Of a DNA stretch of 64,000 nt, positions 11,528 through 25,048 are shown in pieces; the first letter of the stretch is position 1; each line of letters opens with the position of its first letter. Under the pieces are notes generated by a model that did not search any database, was not told the origin of the DNA, and worked only from the letters and a program-made list of their open reading frames with translations. The stretch spans positions 57,350,001 through 57,414,000 of the forward strand of contig OX597817.1 in the NCBI GenBank assembly GCA_951406725.2, in the 5' to 3' direction. The position numbers and the translations under genes are program-made. The DNA is from Octopus vulgaris. Its lineage: Eukaryota.

Positions 11528-12990
11528 CAGTATACTGGAATAAAATAGGTAACTACAATCTTACCAAATGGAAACTACATTATATGAGTACCATATTTAA
11601 ATTTTATCTTTCTTTCAGATCAACAGTATAGTTGCTTATATTTTGGTCAAGAGAATTGCGATACAGGATGCAATTGGAACCAGGGTGGCACATTTTAGTT
11701 ATGATTTTATTGTCATTCACTCATTATAAAATAGCTGACAGGCAGCTGGAACTTTAACTTTCCTTTCATTTTTCTAGAATGTTCATATAGCCCCTGAGGG
11801 TCCCTATAAGATTTCTTGGGGTCCATGCGACAAAGTAGTAAATTGGGTGTCCACAATAGTATTTTAAGGGACCCTGAAAAAAAAATTTTGCTTTGGATGT
11901 CTTGCAAGAAACAGCTGGGTTTCTTTCTCATACGTTTTACACACTTCAACCTACACAAGTTGATGTGGGAATAAGAAAATAAGAATTTCAAAAGAAGTTT
12001 CCCATAAAACTAATCTTTGAACATTGAATGGCTATGGGGGTCCATCAGAAAATAGTATTTCAAAGGGGTCCATAGATAAAAGAAACGAGTGAGAACTCCA
12101 AATACAGATAATAAAAGAAATGTTTCTTAAAACTAAGACACACATCAAGCATGGATTAATGTACGCTGAGAAAGGAGGTGTAAGGAGATGATGTGACCTC
12201 CCGATATTACTACCAGTGTACTGTAATGAATATTTCATTAAGTTTGTGCCAACAGATTAGGGTAATTATGACTTGTTTTTAATATTTTATTATTAGTAAC
12301 AGTTATTGTACCAAACAGACGGATGCTCACCCAGCTCCCTAACCAACAACACTATGGTCTCCCATTCATAATACGGCTGCATTAGATGCAAGGCAATTTT
12401 TTCATACATCTAAAAATGAAGAAAGTGCACCTTTAATGCCAGCAAATACAGTACCAGCTTTTATTATATCAACTCTGGCTGGTAAGACAAGTTAATGAAG
12501 GAATCTTTATGTTGTCACATGGCCTGCTAGAAATAACTGCCAAATTTCCTCCAAAGTACAGCCTACACTCTTAAAATGACCACCCTGATGGAGAATGTTG
12601 CTAGAGAACATTATGTCTGAATAAATGAAGGGATGGCCAGTTGAAATGGCTTGACCATAGGTCTCATGTTTCATGGCTGATCTGGAGTGAAACAACAACA
12701 TACACATCCATCCCTTAAACAAAAACAAGATGCTTCTACATGATCACTCTTACTGCTAGAAATAAAAACTAAACATGCATTAAATCCTACCTTACTGCCT
12801 TAAAAATGGGAGGAAACATTAGATAATGCAATCACCGTTTTTATGATTGTAGGTCTGAACAGATCAGGACTGTCCAGGGGTGGAAAAACAACAAAGACAA
12901 CTTATGAAAGGGGCAGCTGATATTGAAGAGGATACAATAAGAAGGTTTTTCAAAAGGATGTAATTAGAACAGGATGGAAACTCATTTAAA

Positions 12991-13387
12991 TCTCTCTCTA
13001 TATAAAACTGAAGTTGTCTGTGTGTGGCAGGTTTGGTAGCCTTCAAACTAACACTATCTCCTCTGAGACCCTGCGGCGCAAGTTGACGAAAATTGAGAGT
13101 ATGATAGAAGATGGCTTGCTCTTCCTTCCGTAGAAGAAAAAAATCAAATCGGACCATGTTAACACCAAAAATTATTTACATCAAAAAAGTGCTTTTTTTT
13201 TTATGAAAATCCCTATTTTTTACGATTTTTTGACTGCTGTGTCGCAATTTTTTGGTGTATTTCAACCAGAAGAATGTTCACTTAAAGAAGATAAGTTACA
13301 TAATGCAAAATTTTTACTTTTCAAAAATTCCAATTCTAAAGGGTCAAAAAGAAAACAAGCCCGAGCAACGCTGGACTATACTGCTAG
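12991..13387 (+). mobile_element. Non-autonomous Helitron
   Basis: 5' TC(TC)nTATATAAA; 3' GC-rich hairpin CCCGAGCAACGCTGG followed by CTAG; sits between A and T with no TSD; second copy at 26279-26715. Confidence 0.85.
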
Positions 13388-13442
13388 TAATAATAATAAT
13401 ACAAATAAGAAGTTGCAGGGATGAGTGAGAAAAGGTGGTTAC

Positions 13443-13619
13443 TTGGTAAGTTCAAGAGTAATAACTCCTTTCGGGTTGACTTCAACTGATTTTCCCCAAA
13501 ACTTTAATCTGGGATGGATGGATCCGTGAAATTGGAACAGGTCAGATTCTACATGGAATGCACTGATGGGAGGATGATGGCTGACTTGTTCAGAGATCAA
13601 ACGGAAACCAAGGTCGTTT
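13443..13619 (-). CDS. OSBPL1A: ORP exon with OSBP signature: NDLGFRLISEQVSHHPPISAFHVESDLFQFHGSIHPRLKFWGKSVEVNPKGVITLELT(K)
   Basis: EQVSHHPP fingerprint; acceptor TTTTCCAG, donor GTAACC; 177 nt, phase 2-2. Confidence 0.97.
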
Positions 13620-14398
13620 CTGGAAAATAAAAACAAAAATGTTAATCAAAATAATATAAACAAAAGATAGACTACATGGAATATATACCATCATCATCAT
13701 CATCACCGTCTTTTAACATCTGTTTTCCATGCTGGCATGGGTTAGGTGGTTTTATAGGAGCTGGCAAGGCTGGAGAGCTGCACCAAGCTCCATTCCTCTG
13801 CCTTGGCATAGTTTCTATGGCTGGTTGTCCTTTCTAATGCCAACCACTTTACAGAGTGTACTGGAAGCTTTTTATGTGACATCACCAAGTGACTTTACAA
13901 GACAAGCCCCTTCACAGGGCAGAAAGGGAAGGTGGCCGTCTGCCTGGGGATTAGAAGCTAAAGTATGGTAGAGGGAAAGAAATAGGTGTTTTGCTGTAGG
14001 AGAGCTACATGGCTATCTCAGTTGGAAAAGACAGAATAAATGGTGAACAAGATGTGTCTACCAAAAGATATAACATACAGGATAAATGTAGTATAGATTC
14101 ATACACACACACACACACACACACATGGCTATGTGGTTTAGAAGTCTGCTTTCAGACCATATAGTTTAAGCTTTGTTCCTACTGTGCGAATGCCTGCAAT
14201 TGTCTTCTACCATGACTGTAGGTTGCCAAATGCCTAGCAAGTGAAATTAAATGCACAGAAACAAGGTTCATATTTATACACAATGTATCATACAACATCA
14301 TTTTCCTATTTGGTTTGCAAGATTCTTGATATGAATTATTACAGGTATAATGACCCTCCCATGACACACCAAGATGTATACAACATATTGTGTACGTA

Positions 14399-14429
<31 letters not shown>

Positions 14430-14431
14430 GT

Positions 14432-14837
14432 ATCATCATCATCATCATTAACGTCCGCTTTCCATGCTCTCATGGGTTGGACTGACTGAGGGCTAGCGGA
14501 CCAGATGGCTGCACCATGCTCCAATCTTGATCTGGCAGAGTTTCTATAGCTGGATGCCCTTCCTAACGCCAACCACTCCGAGAGCGTAGTGGGTGCTTTT
14601 TACATGCTACTGGCATGGGGGCCAGTCAGGCGGTACTGGCAACAACCTCGCTCAAATCTTTTTACACATGCCAACAGCACAGGTGCCAGTAAGGTGACGA
14701 TGCTGGTAATGATCACGCTCGAATGGTGCCTTTTATGTGCCACCGGCACAGAAGCCAGTTAGCCACTCTGGTAACTATCATGCTCGGATGGTGCTCTTGG
14801 CACCCTACTAGCATGGGCACAAGTGCCAGTAAGGTAA
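14432..14837 (-). mobile_element. SINE-like repeat, family C
   Basis: Highly similar to 11032-11527. Confidence 0.8.
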
Positions 14838-15797
14838 CATATATATATATATATATATATATTAGATAAAATATATCTAGTCATTTCTGCTTTCTGTGTG
14901 TATGTGTATTAATTGTAAGATGCACTAAAATAGCACCATATATGAAACTCAACTATAACACTCATATAGGCTACCTTTAAAATAGTATGTTAGTACTTGA
15001 GTATATCAATCTATGTGAGTCTCTACACATACACACACTAAATATACAAGTTTTTAAAATCTCTACACAGACCATTTGATTCAAGCAAATCAAGGCTAAA
15101 CAGCAATAACGACTATAAAACTTCCACCAAAAACCTGAAATTAGTTATATAACAAGGGAAAAAAATTCTATTCGGGTCAACTTTTCTTCTTTGGAACTAA
15201 CCATGACCACCACCACCACCACAACTACAAAAAAAACACCACCACCGCTACTACCAGAATAACAACTACCACTATGACAACTGTCAGTATCACCACAAGA
15301 ACCAAAACTACTTTCAAAGTAATCAATAAGTTGAAATGTAATAACCAATAATGATGATTAAAGCAGCACTGATGGTTATAACTAAAGTTAAAACAAGGTT
15401 GTTAATAATGATTTTTCTATCAATTTAATCCTCTCAAGTCTTGGTGTTAGAAGATGGCAAATATGGCAGTCTTCCATCAATTCAGTCAAACTAACACATC
15501 TTCACAGATTATTATTATTATTACTATTATTATTATTGTTGTTGTTATTTCTTCTCTCTTATTTTACACAGAACTCCAACATCCAGGGGAAAATTATTTT
15601 TTTAAAAAAAGAAAAATCGAAAACGAAAAAAATCAAAAAAAAATCAATGATTTCCTAAAGATAACATTTGCTGTCAAATGGGGAAAGATCAAACGTGAAT
15701 GAAGTCAAAAGATCAAAGATATATGACAGACAAGATTATTTCATCTTACTTTACCTTTATTTAACATTTAGTACACCTCTCCACCAGAATTATTTCA

Positions 15798-15824
15798 ATA
15801 GTAGTAGTAGTAGTGGTGGTGGTA

Positions 15825-15857
<33 letters not shown>

Positions 15858-15869
15858 ATAGTAGTGGTG

Positions 15870-15930
<61 letters not shown>
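15798..15930. repeat. (GTA/GTG)n trinucleotide microsatellite
   Basis: Directly visible; explains the poly-V, poly-S and poly-L ORFs. Confidence 0.95.
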
Positions 15931-16879
15931 AACAACAACTCTGCCACAGTGTTTATCAAATGAGAGGGACATTACAAGGACAGTTTGCAAGATGTGATGG
16001 AGTTTACACCAAAGGAGGAAGGGAAAATGAGATAAACAGAATATATATAGAAGACAAAATATCTGAACAGATCTATAATAGAGTTGTTCTGATACAAGAG
16101 AACCTCCAACCAGGACCAACCAAAGAACTTCACAGATCCAGGAACACCCTGACTACCAACGCCACAAAGCCCTCATCCAACTGTTGTTCTCCACTCTACA
16201 GGAACATTCTTAGAGTCCATTCACCCAAACCATTTTTGCTACATTTATCCACCTTTTGAAAAATTTATTCGCTCTCATCATCATCATCATCATCATCATC
16301 GTTTAGCGTCCGTTTTCCATGCTAGCATGGGTTGGACGGTTCTACTGGGGTCTGTGAAGCCAGAAGGCTTCATCAGGCCCAGTCAAATCTGGCAGTGTTT
16401 CTACGGCTGGATGCCCTTCCTAACGCCAACCACTCCGTGAGTGTAGTGGGTGCTTTTTACGTGCCACCCGCTCTCTCACTTTAATTTCCAAATACAACTT
16501 AAAAAGGTCAATGAGGGTTTGACTGGTGAAGAAGATGTCTGTCCTCAACCCTTTCAGCCTCATCCACTACACAACCACTTTTGTCATAGTCACTAGATAA
16601 GGGAACACTGCCTGCCCTGCCTCATTAGAGGTGGGTCATGGGACAATCCTCACAATGGACTCAACCAAGAGTCAGAACAACAGCTATACAACATGACTCT
16701 CCACAAGTCAGCAATGCTTTTGACACTGCACAAGTTTATGCAGTATGGCTTTGTCCCTCTGCACACATCCTGGTCGTTCCACCTGGCGGCACATCTGTGC
16801 CTACAGAGTTCATCTGAGACTGGCAGAAAGCCATCAGCAGCACTGCCAGGCCAAGGATTTCTAGAAGCTATCTAGAGAT

Positions 16880-16980
16880 GAAAGGATGCCGATAAAAGAA
16901 CTAGTAAGCTGCTCATAATGCACAACATGCATCACTCTGAAAGTAATATCAACATGTTCTACCTCTCAAGAAAAGGGGTT
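16880..16980 (+). mobile_element. R4/Dong-like LINE fragment
   Basis: Translates DKRTSKLLIMHNMHHSESNINMFYLSRKG, resembling the D.KTRKLL....HP.S...RLY..R..GG motif found after the RT. Confidence 0.5.
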
Positions 16981-17453
16981 AAACAACATGGTCATATGAG
17001 TGAAAAGGTGGCCCTTTTGGAAATAAAAGGGGAAAGAAAGGGAGAGAAATATATGTGTATGTGTGTGTGTATAAATATGTAAACTTCTTGCCCTTCTCTA
17101 TATATCATCGTCATCATGTTGGTAAAGATAAAATACTTAAAGAAAAAGGGAAAGATATAAGAAAGGGCAACTCAAAGCCAACAAGACTTAAAACTCAGAA
17201 TAAGAAGAGAGATAACTAAGTAATGCAAACCGTTGACTATTCTACCATTTTTGCAATTTGGCTCTTAAAGGGATTGAATACCACAGAGGAGATGATCCCA
17301 AGTTGATAATTGTAACACACGATTCTGTAAACACAGATTGCAGTGAACTAGATTTGTCAACACCAATTACAGTAAACCAGCGCTCTGAACAGGTCTGGAT
17401 ATTTTCTAGTGGCTGATGGCAGAGAGTGTAGTGTCTCTATGTGTGTATGTGTG

Positions 17454-17491
<38 letters not shown>

Positions 17492-17782
17492 AGGTGAGAA
17501 AGTAATGGAGATAAACATAGGCTTGATATAAATATATTTACATGGCGAACAAAAAGTATAGAATAAAATGAAGAAAATATGTAATTTCTTCACTCGACAG
17601 CTGTTTCAGGAAGCCCAGAGTTAAATAATAACAATCATAATCTGTAGATGAATGTGCATAAAATTATGGGTATGTAACCAGTCACATGGAGATGTTATAG
17701 TAAGTCTGCCTTCTCTCATCAAATGAAGATTGATGTGTGTGTGTGGGTGAAGAGAGAGAAAAAAGAGATGAAGTGATCTTAC

Positions 17783-17880
17783 CTTTGTAATTCAAAAGTC
17801 TCCCCAAGTAGACAGTTGAAAGGTTTTCCTAATCTGTCCCAATTTGATGACATTGAAGACACAGCAAAGGCACACACATA
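17783..17880 (-). CDS. OSBPL1A: ORP exon: YVCAFAVSSMSSNWDRLGKPFNCLLGETFELQ(R)
   Basis: Not in the ORF track, translated manually; acceptor CTTGCAG, donor GTAAGA; 98 nt, phase 0 to 2; KPFNxLLGETFE motif. Confidence 0.94.
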
Positions 17881-19591
17881 CTGCAAGGAAGATTAATAAC
17901 CATATACATACATATATATATATAAGCAGTAGAATGCTGGTAGAAGGTTAAATAGGGGGCAAATTAATACACTGGGATAAGCAGGGAGTATGGGAGAAGA
18001 AATGGCAAAATATCATATTTGTATATTTCTCAAATAGATTACAGAAAGCCAGAGTGACTTTTAGAAGTGTGTGTGTTTGTGTGTGTGTGTGTGGGGGGGG
18101 TTAAGTTGGGAAGAGAAATTAAAAATAGGGGTTATGTATGTTTATGTATGTATGTTTGTTTGTTTGTATGTATTAATATTATTGTACATGTGCTCTGCAC
18201 TGGCATCATCATTTGTTTGTGTCTTGGAGTAGGTTGATATGTAAAGACTAATGAAATAAAGGGCAACCCTTATTAGAAAGCATGGGTTGGCAATATGTGG
18301 GACATCTAGCCATAGAATACAGCCTCATGGAATCTTGTCCAACTCATGTTACCATGGAAGAAGAAACAGCTTGTGAGTGAAGATATCAGAATACATGTGT
18401 GATGGTGAAATAGCACCAAATAAATTGATAAGAGAATACAGAAATGGCTAACACCTGAAACTTACAAAAAAATTCTTTTTTAAATTAAGAGACAACAAAG
18501 GATCATCTATGTTGTCACTTGACCTTCTAGAAATAACAGCTAAATTTTCTCAAAACTACACCCTACTGCTTTGCAAAAAGGAAGATACGAGACTGTCTGA
18601 GTGAACACTATTTTCATCATAGGCATGTTTGAGCCAAACTGACTCAGGGCTAAATCACGACAACACTAGAAGACAAATATTTAGTTATTTGGAGAAATTT
18701 GGGTTCCATCCAAGCAAGAACAGATCAGAGGTGACCCCCACCAGACTAAAAATAGCCTTTATCAATAACATATAATTCTCTGACTATCAATACCATCTTC
18801 AGAGAATATATTCACAAAGTATATATAGTTACACTGAATTTTAATTGATTCAGGCCACCTCCACCACCATCACCATCACATGTCATTTTTTGGATCCAAG
18901 CATGAACCCCAAGCTGGTTGAACTATGTCTAAATAACAAACCGTCACTGACCTTATCCATTACATCCAATGCTATGTGGTGTGGATTTAGGCTTTTAACC
19001 TTAGTTGTCATCAATCCTTGTGGAATGATCAGAAAACACTGACAAGGAAATAAAGGGTTGTGTGTGTGTGTGTTTATCGTCATCATTTAATGTCTGCTTT
19101 CCATGCTGGCATGGGTAGTTTATGTCTGTGCACGTATGCACACATATAGTCCTGGTGCAGCCTCCTGGCTTGCCAGTCCACAGTCAAACCGTCTAACCCA
19201 TGCCAGCATGGAAAGCAGATGTTAAACGATGATGATACACACACACACACACGCTTGCTTTACAACCACGTGATTTTGGGTTCAATCTCATTGTGCAGTA
19301 CCTTGAGCAGGTGCCTTTTACTATAGCCGCAGGCTGACCAATGTATGGTGAATGAATTTGATAGAAGGAAACTGCATGGAAGCCTGCCATACATATGTAC
19401 ACACACGCACACATGTATATACACTGTGCTTCTCTATGTCAACATTTGTCCACTCTTTCACTGCTTGTTTAAGTCCCCATTATTTAGCGAAAGAGTTTGA
19501 TAGAATAAGTACCAGACTGAAAAACTTAATACTAATTAGCGTGTTTGACAAATACATTATGTGTGTGTGTGTGTGCGTGTGTGTGTATTAA

Positions 19592-20135
19592 TAGTTGTCG
19601 CCAAGCTAATATGACAGTCCAGAAATATAGGACGAATGCTGCCATTGATTAGTTCCAAGAGGCCATCACCTCTAGCTAGCTATGTGACACATAAATCTGT
19701 GTCCATTATAACCTTCAAACAGGGGAGGTCAGCCGCTTCCCCTTGCTGGTCAGGCATCTGCAGACATGTTTCAGGGTATTTGCCCTTTATCAATGCAGAG
19801 CAGCCGAACCCAGCAGGTATTGCTACTAACCGTCTGATTGAAGGATTATTTACCTAAATTCAGGGGAATACATCCGCTGGTTTTCAAAAATAGAAATATT
19901 AAAATTTTTAAGTCTCTCTAAAGGAGACTACAGCAGTGGAACTAGATATAAATAGTTATTGCCAAGCTAATATGGCAGTCCAGAAAAATAGGACGAATGC
20001 TGCCGTTGATTAGTTCCAAGAGGCCATCGCCTTTAGCTATGTGACACACGAACCTGTGTCCATTATAACCTTCAAACGGGGGAGGTCAGCCACTTCTTGC
20101 TGGTCAGGCATCTGCAGACTAGTTTCAGGGTATTT
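19592..20135 (-). mobile_element. Partially tandem-duplicated Penelope-type pLTR-like unit with a minimal hammerhead
   Basis: ATAGTT..GCCAAGCTAATATG..TTTCAGGGTATTT repeated about 360 bp apart; minus strand reads TCTGCA-TTGATAA-AGGG..CCCT-GAAACATGTC-TGCAGA at 19757-19799. Confidence 0.7.
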
Positions 20136-20159
20136 CAGGGATCGAGCCGAGCCATCTAC

Positions 20160-20582
20160 CTGAAGGGATTTGTGGTTTGTCTGCCTGCCTACTTATTAGG
20201 ACTTTGGTTTTAGCTAGGTTGACTCAAAGGCCCTTCGATTCTCATCCTTGTTTCCACACCTGAAACTTCTCTAGTTCTGATAGTGAGTCAGCAATTAGAA
20301 CAAGGTCATCAGTATAGAGAAGCTCCCAGGGGCATCCTGTTTTGAATTCCTCTGTTATTGCTTGGAGGACTATGATAAATAGGAGGGGACTGAGGACTGA
20401 ACCTTGAAGGACCCCTACCTCTACCCAGAATTCTTCATTGTACTCCTTGCCAACCCTCATCTTACTGACAGCGTCTCTGTATATGGTTCACACATCTCTG
20501 ACTAACCATTCTTCTATCCCTAGTTTCCTCATTGACCACTAGATAAGGGATTGGGGGACCCTGTCAAAGGCTTTCTCCATGT

Positions 20583-20584
<2 letters not shown>
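20160..20584 (-). mobile_element. RTE-type LINE reverse transcriptase fragment (pseudogenised)
   Basis: DMEKAFDRVP, GVLQGSVLSPLLF and LLYTDDLVLIA RT motifs with in-frame stops. Confidence 0.9.
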
Positions 20585-20617
<33 letters not shown>

Positions 20618-22108
20618 CACACACACACACATCTATATAAACATATATGTACATGTGTGTGTATGTATACATATATATGTGCGTGTAGCCCCCTCCACAT
20701 AAGCACACATGAATTTATAGTACTAAAAGTTACAATACTGCAGTAACTATTATCAACACAAGAGCCGTCCCCTGCCCTCTTAAGAATTGTGTTGATCATG
20801 TGACTATAAGTTTCAACTGCAATGACAACAACATGAATACTGCAACAGCTGGAGAAGGAGAAAGGAGGCTGGGGTGACATCGACAATGAACAGCAGTGTA
20901 GCTGTATTATCAGAGGACAGACCAAAGTGTTAAATATGTAGACGCAGGAAGACTTGGGGTAACGACACAAAATGACTATGGCATAATTTATAGCTGAATA
21001 AATACTCAAAATGTTGTGTTAATATTTTAGTAGACATGATGCCTACTTCTTAAGATTGCATGGAATTAAATGCCGTCTATGAGAAATATTCAGTCACAGA
21101 ACAGGGGATAGTGATTGTGTATAGAGAGAGAGTGTATAGTTGTAGATGTAAAGAATATAGTTTTGTATGTGTGTGTGTAGAGAGAGAGGATGAGAGAAAA
21201 CCAGGATGTAGTACTTGGCCTTCACCAGCCAGCCAGCCAGCCAGCCAACCAGCTATCGTCAACCACACCAAGCTGTTCTCATTGTTTACCAATGTCCTCT
21301 CTAGGCTGACACATGTTCAAATGGGGTTCTTTGTTCTAGATTTACCACATCCCACCTACACACTCTTTCAGTGATTTCTTTAAAACACTAAGAAAGGTGA
21401 CAGACATTCCACAGCTAAAAAGTATGCTGTCACCTGACCTATTAAAAACTGTAGCTAAACCTCCTCAAAGTAGCACCTGTCTTGAATAAAGGACACATTG
21501 GACAGTGTAATGCTTTATATACAAAAGACAAGATGGTCATGGTTGGAACTCCTTTGGCTATATAGATCTGCTGACCTAATGCTAAACAAGATTAACCCTC
21601 AGAATCAAAGACATGGCAGAGGCATTAGTCTATTGGATCAAAGATGAGCAACAGTTACTCAAAGCAGATTAGTTCTAAATGTAGTAAATTCGGATAAAAG
21701 ACAAGATGGTCATTACTGGAATGTCTTTGACTACAAGTCTGATAGATGTCCTCTAGCCTCTAAGCCCCAGGCATGCTGTCTCTTCTCTCAATCGCTTCTA
21801 TCATTACTATAATGGTCTCTGTTCCTCCTAGCTGAATGGTCTTGTACATCTTCCACTCAGGCATTCCTAACCAATTTATCTCCTCCCTGCCCCATCCCCT
21901 TAAAACCCCTGCTCTCACTACTATTTCCAGGTCTTCTGCCTCACAAAACCATTCCTCTGGAATTCCCTCACAGCTCATGATTTCCAGAAAGGTGTTGACA
22001 TGAATAGAAGGAAAATTCACCGTAAACATTTTTACCATGGAGAAATTTTGCCATAAAGGGGGAACACAAAGAGAAATCACTTTAAAGAAATTCCCTGATG
22101 GGTAAGTT

Positions 22109-22407
22109 CAGTGGTTCCCAAACTTTCTCAGGCTACCACCCTCTTGGTTCTAAGGCCACATTATTAATGCCCCCCCCCCGCCCACCACCACTCACCATCA
22201 CAGACATACACCATTATTTTGCAGAAAATTCAAAATAGTATTTCACAAATAAAACATAACCTAATTAACCCTTTATTTATTTATTATTATTTTTTAACAT
22301 CTACTGCCCTGTTTTGGTCATCCCATTATTGCCTCATTTTTCTTCAAGCCCCCATGATCTTTCCACCGTCCCCAGGGAAGCAGTACTGCCCACTTTGGAA
22401 ACCACTG
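22109..22407. mobile_element. hAT-type MITE
   Basis: TIRs CAGTGGTTCCCAAA / TTTGGAAACCACTG; degenerate 8-bp TSD GGTAAGTT / GGTTAATT; a related left end at 63466. Confidence 0.8.
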
Positions 22408-23528
22408 GGTTAATTGATGAAGTTGCCATTTTAAAAAAACAGCTAATTTTTTGTTTTGTTTTTGCAATTTATTTATTTTTTATGACTGCAACTACAACTG
22501 CATTACCAACAACTGAAATTAATCAAACACCTCAGTTGGTGTGTTCAATTATTCATTTACTAATTTTCAAAAAAGTCACTGACCGATGATCACACACACA
22601 GTCACATACTCTCTCTCTCTCTCTCTCACACACAATAAGAAGAAGAGGTGATTATCACAAGCCCACCCACTTACTAGAGCTCTTAGCCCACTGAATTAAA
22701 CCTCAACTCCACCCCATCCCCAGCATATGACAGGTAGTATTTTATCAGCTTCAAATAAAGTGGAAAGACTACTCCAGCACACCCTGCCAACTTAATAGAA
22801 TTCTACACCCATTTATCCCCTCCCAGCTGAGTAGCAGAGATCTTTGATGGAGAAATTGAGCATTTTTTTTTGTTGTTGTTACAGTTTAGCCCCAGGTCAG
22901 CTCATATCAAGCAAACTAAGAATCAAAATGCCTATAATTATTCCAGCTGTAAATCATTTCATTGTTTTTATTATTATTTTTTTTTTCATGTTAGGTTCAG
23001 GGCATTCAAGACCACATTATCTATTGTGTCCCCCTTTTCTAAGATGATAGCAAGGGATTTTAGGGAGATCTAGTTGCTATTTCTAGCAGGTTGCATGAAC
23101 TTTAATTAGTCTCCCTCATTGACTTCTTTGTGAGGAGGATTTATGGTTATTATTACAAGACATGGAACCTGGCATTGCAGGAGACACAAACTGAGGAAGA
23201 CCTCACTTTGGCCATGAATGATCATGGGATTGCACCAAGAGAGTTACCCACTGAGGCTCAAGTCCAGGCAAGGTTGCTTGTGGAAGACCAGCAGCTGCCC
23301 ATGCAAACCAACCTCCCCTCTCTACACCACTGATGTTATCCAAGGGAAAGGCAAAGGGGCTGATGCAGCTTGGCACAAGTGATGTCACAACCCATTTCTA
23401 CAACTGAGTGAATTGGAGCAATGTGAAATAAAGTGTCTTGCTCAAGAACACAACAGCCCGGACAGGGAATCGAACTCACTACCTAACAACTGTGAGCCCA
23501 ATGCTCTAACCACTGAGCCATGTGCCAT

Positions 23529-23577
<49 letters not shown>

Positions 23578-24634
23578 AGGCCAGCATAAACAGTACCACT
23601 CCTAGCAGCCCACTCAATGGTCCAATTTCTCAAGTTCCCATCTGTTGAACCATTGGTATTTTGTACAACATTCCTTCCATGCCCCACCCTCAAACAAAGG
23701 TGGTGGAGTGCTTGAACCACTAGTGTCCCAAATTACGTACATACCTGGGTATACTTAGTTTTATATTTTAATCCTGCTGGCGTGCTGACTCCTCATTCAT
23801 CCGACTAAGATTACTGTCATAAACACTAGCCATATTCTGGGTTAATACTATCAACCTTGGAACTCCCCAGACAAAACCTGTTGATGCTTTGTGTAGGCCA
23901 TGAGGACAGGTGAATGTTTTGGCCAGGGTCCACACTGTGAAGACAGATGGACAAATATCTGGCTACTATGGAAACAGGTTATGGGGGAGAGGAGATTTCT
24001 GATGCTTTGAGCAAAGCCCAGTCACGAATAGCTGGAATATTATGAACGAATTTATCTATGCCACCATTTAACATCCGTTTTTCACACTAGCATGGGTTGA
24101 ATAGTTCTACAAGAGATGGTGAGCCAGAGGACTGTACCAAGTGCCAAAGTTTCCTTTGGCATGGCTTCTATGGTTGGGCGATCTTCCTTTCATAACCACT
24201 TTATAGTGCGCAAAGGCTGTTTTTTTTCTTTTTATGTGGCACAGACACCAGAAAGGAATTCCAAAAGGATACAGTGACGAGGAGGAAATACTGGGTGAAG
24301 TGTTTAACGAGAGATCTGTGATGTGAGGAAGAGAAATGCATGGGCCAACTAGAGGGTGCTTTTGTAGCTAGATAACTGAAAGGGAAGAAAACCTACACCT
24401 GTGGGTCTGTGGGTTGTACTGTGTTAATAGCCATCTTAAAGGGGTCCAGGAGATGCTTTGTGTTTGAGTGTTTGAGTACCAGAAACATTGTTCTGAATAT
24501 GTATGTGTAAGACTCAATTATGTGAGTAATACTTCAACATGGGTCTCACATGAGAGCTTGATTAGGATTGTATGTGTGTGTGTAATGAACTTGTATAAAT
24601 TGCTCAGGTACACTACCATTTACCAGAAAAAATA

Positions 24635-24814
24635 GCAGGAATGGCTGTGTGGTAAGTAGCTTGCTTATCAACCACATGGTTCCAGGTTCAGTCCCATTGC
24701 GTAGCACCTTGGGCATGTGTCTTGTACTATAGATTCGGGTCAACCAAAGCCTTGCAAGTGGATTTGGTAGACGAAAACTGAAAGAAGCCCGTCGTATATA
24801 TGTATATATATATA

Positions 24815-24849
<35 letters not shown>

Positions 24850-25048
24850 TTGTGTGTCTGTGTTTGTCACCCCAACATTACAACCGATGCTGGTGTGTTT
24901 ATGTCCCTGTAACTTAGCGGTTCAGCAAAAGTGACCAATAGAATAAGTACTAGGTTTACAAAGAATAAGTCCCGGGGTCGATTTGCTTGACTAAAGGCTG
25001 TGCTCCAGCATGGCCGCAGTCAAATGACTGAAACAAGTAAAAGAGTAA
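24635..25048 (+). mobile_element. tRNA-derived SINE, family A (full length, with internal TA/TG microsatellite)
   Basis: A box TGGCTGTGTGG, B box GGTTCAGTCCC, CCTTGGGCA(A/T)GTG body, ACTGAAACAAGTAAAAGA end; copies at 29673, 48720, 55629 and 56145, and on minus at about 45470-45700. Confidence 0.85.

Noticed and set aside
15668-16259. Long poly-S, poly-V and poly-L ORFs (also 34406-34829, 49228-49660 and 62551-62812)
   Set aside because: These are translations of trinucleotide microsatellites.
17590-17615. GAAACAGCTGTC on minus, like the 3' half of a hammerhead
   Set aside because: No CTGANGA upstream; at most a truncated remnant.
23640-24060. Possible decayed LINE RT fragment
   Set aside because: Motif similarity is too weak to support a call by eye.
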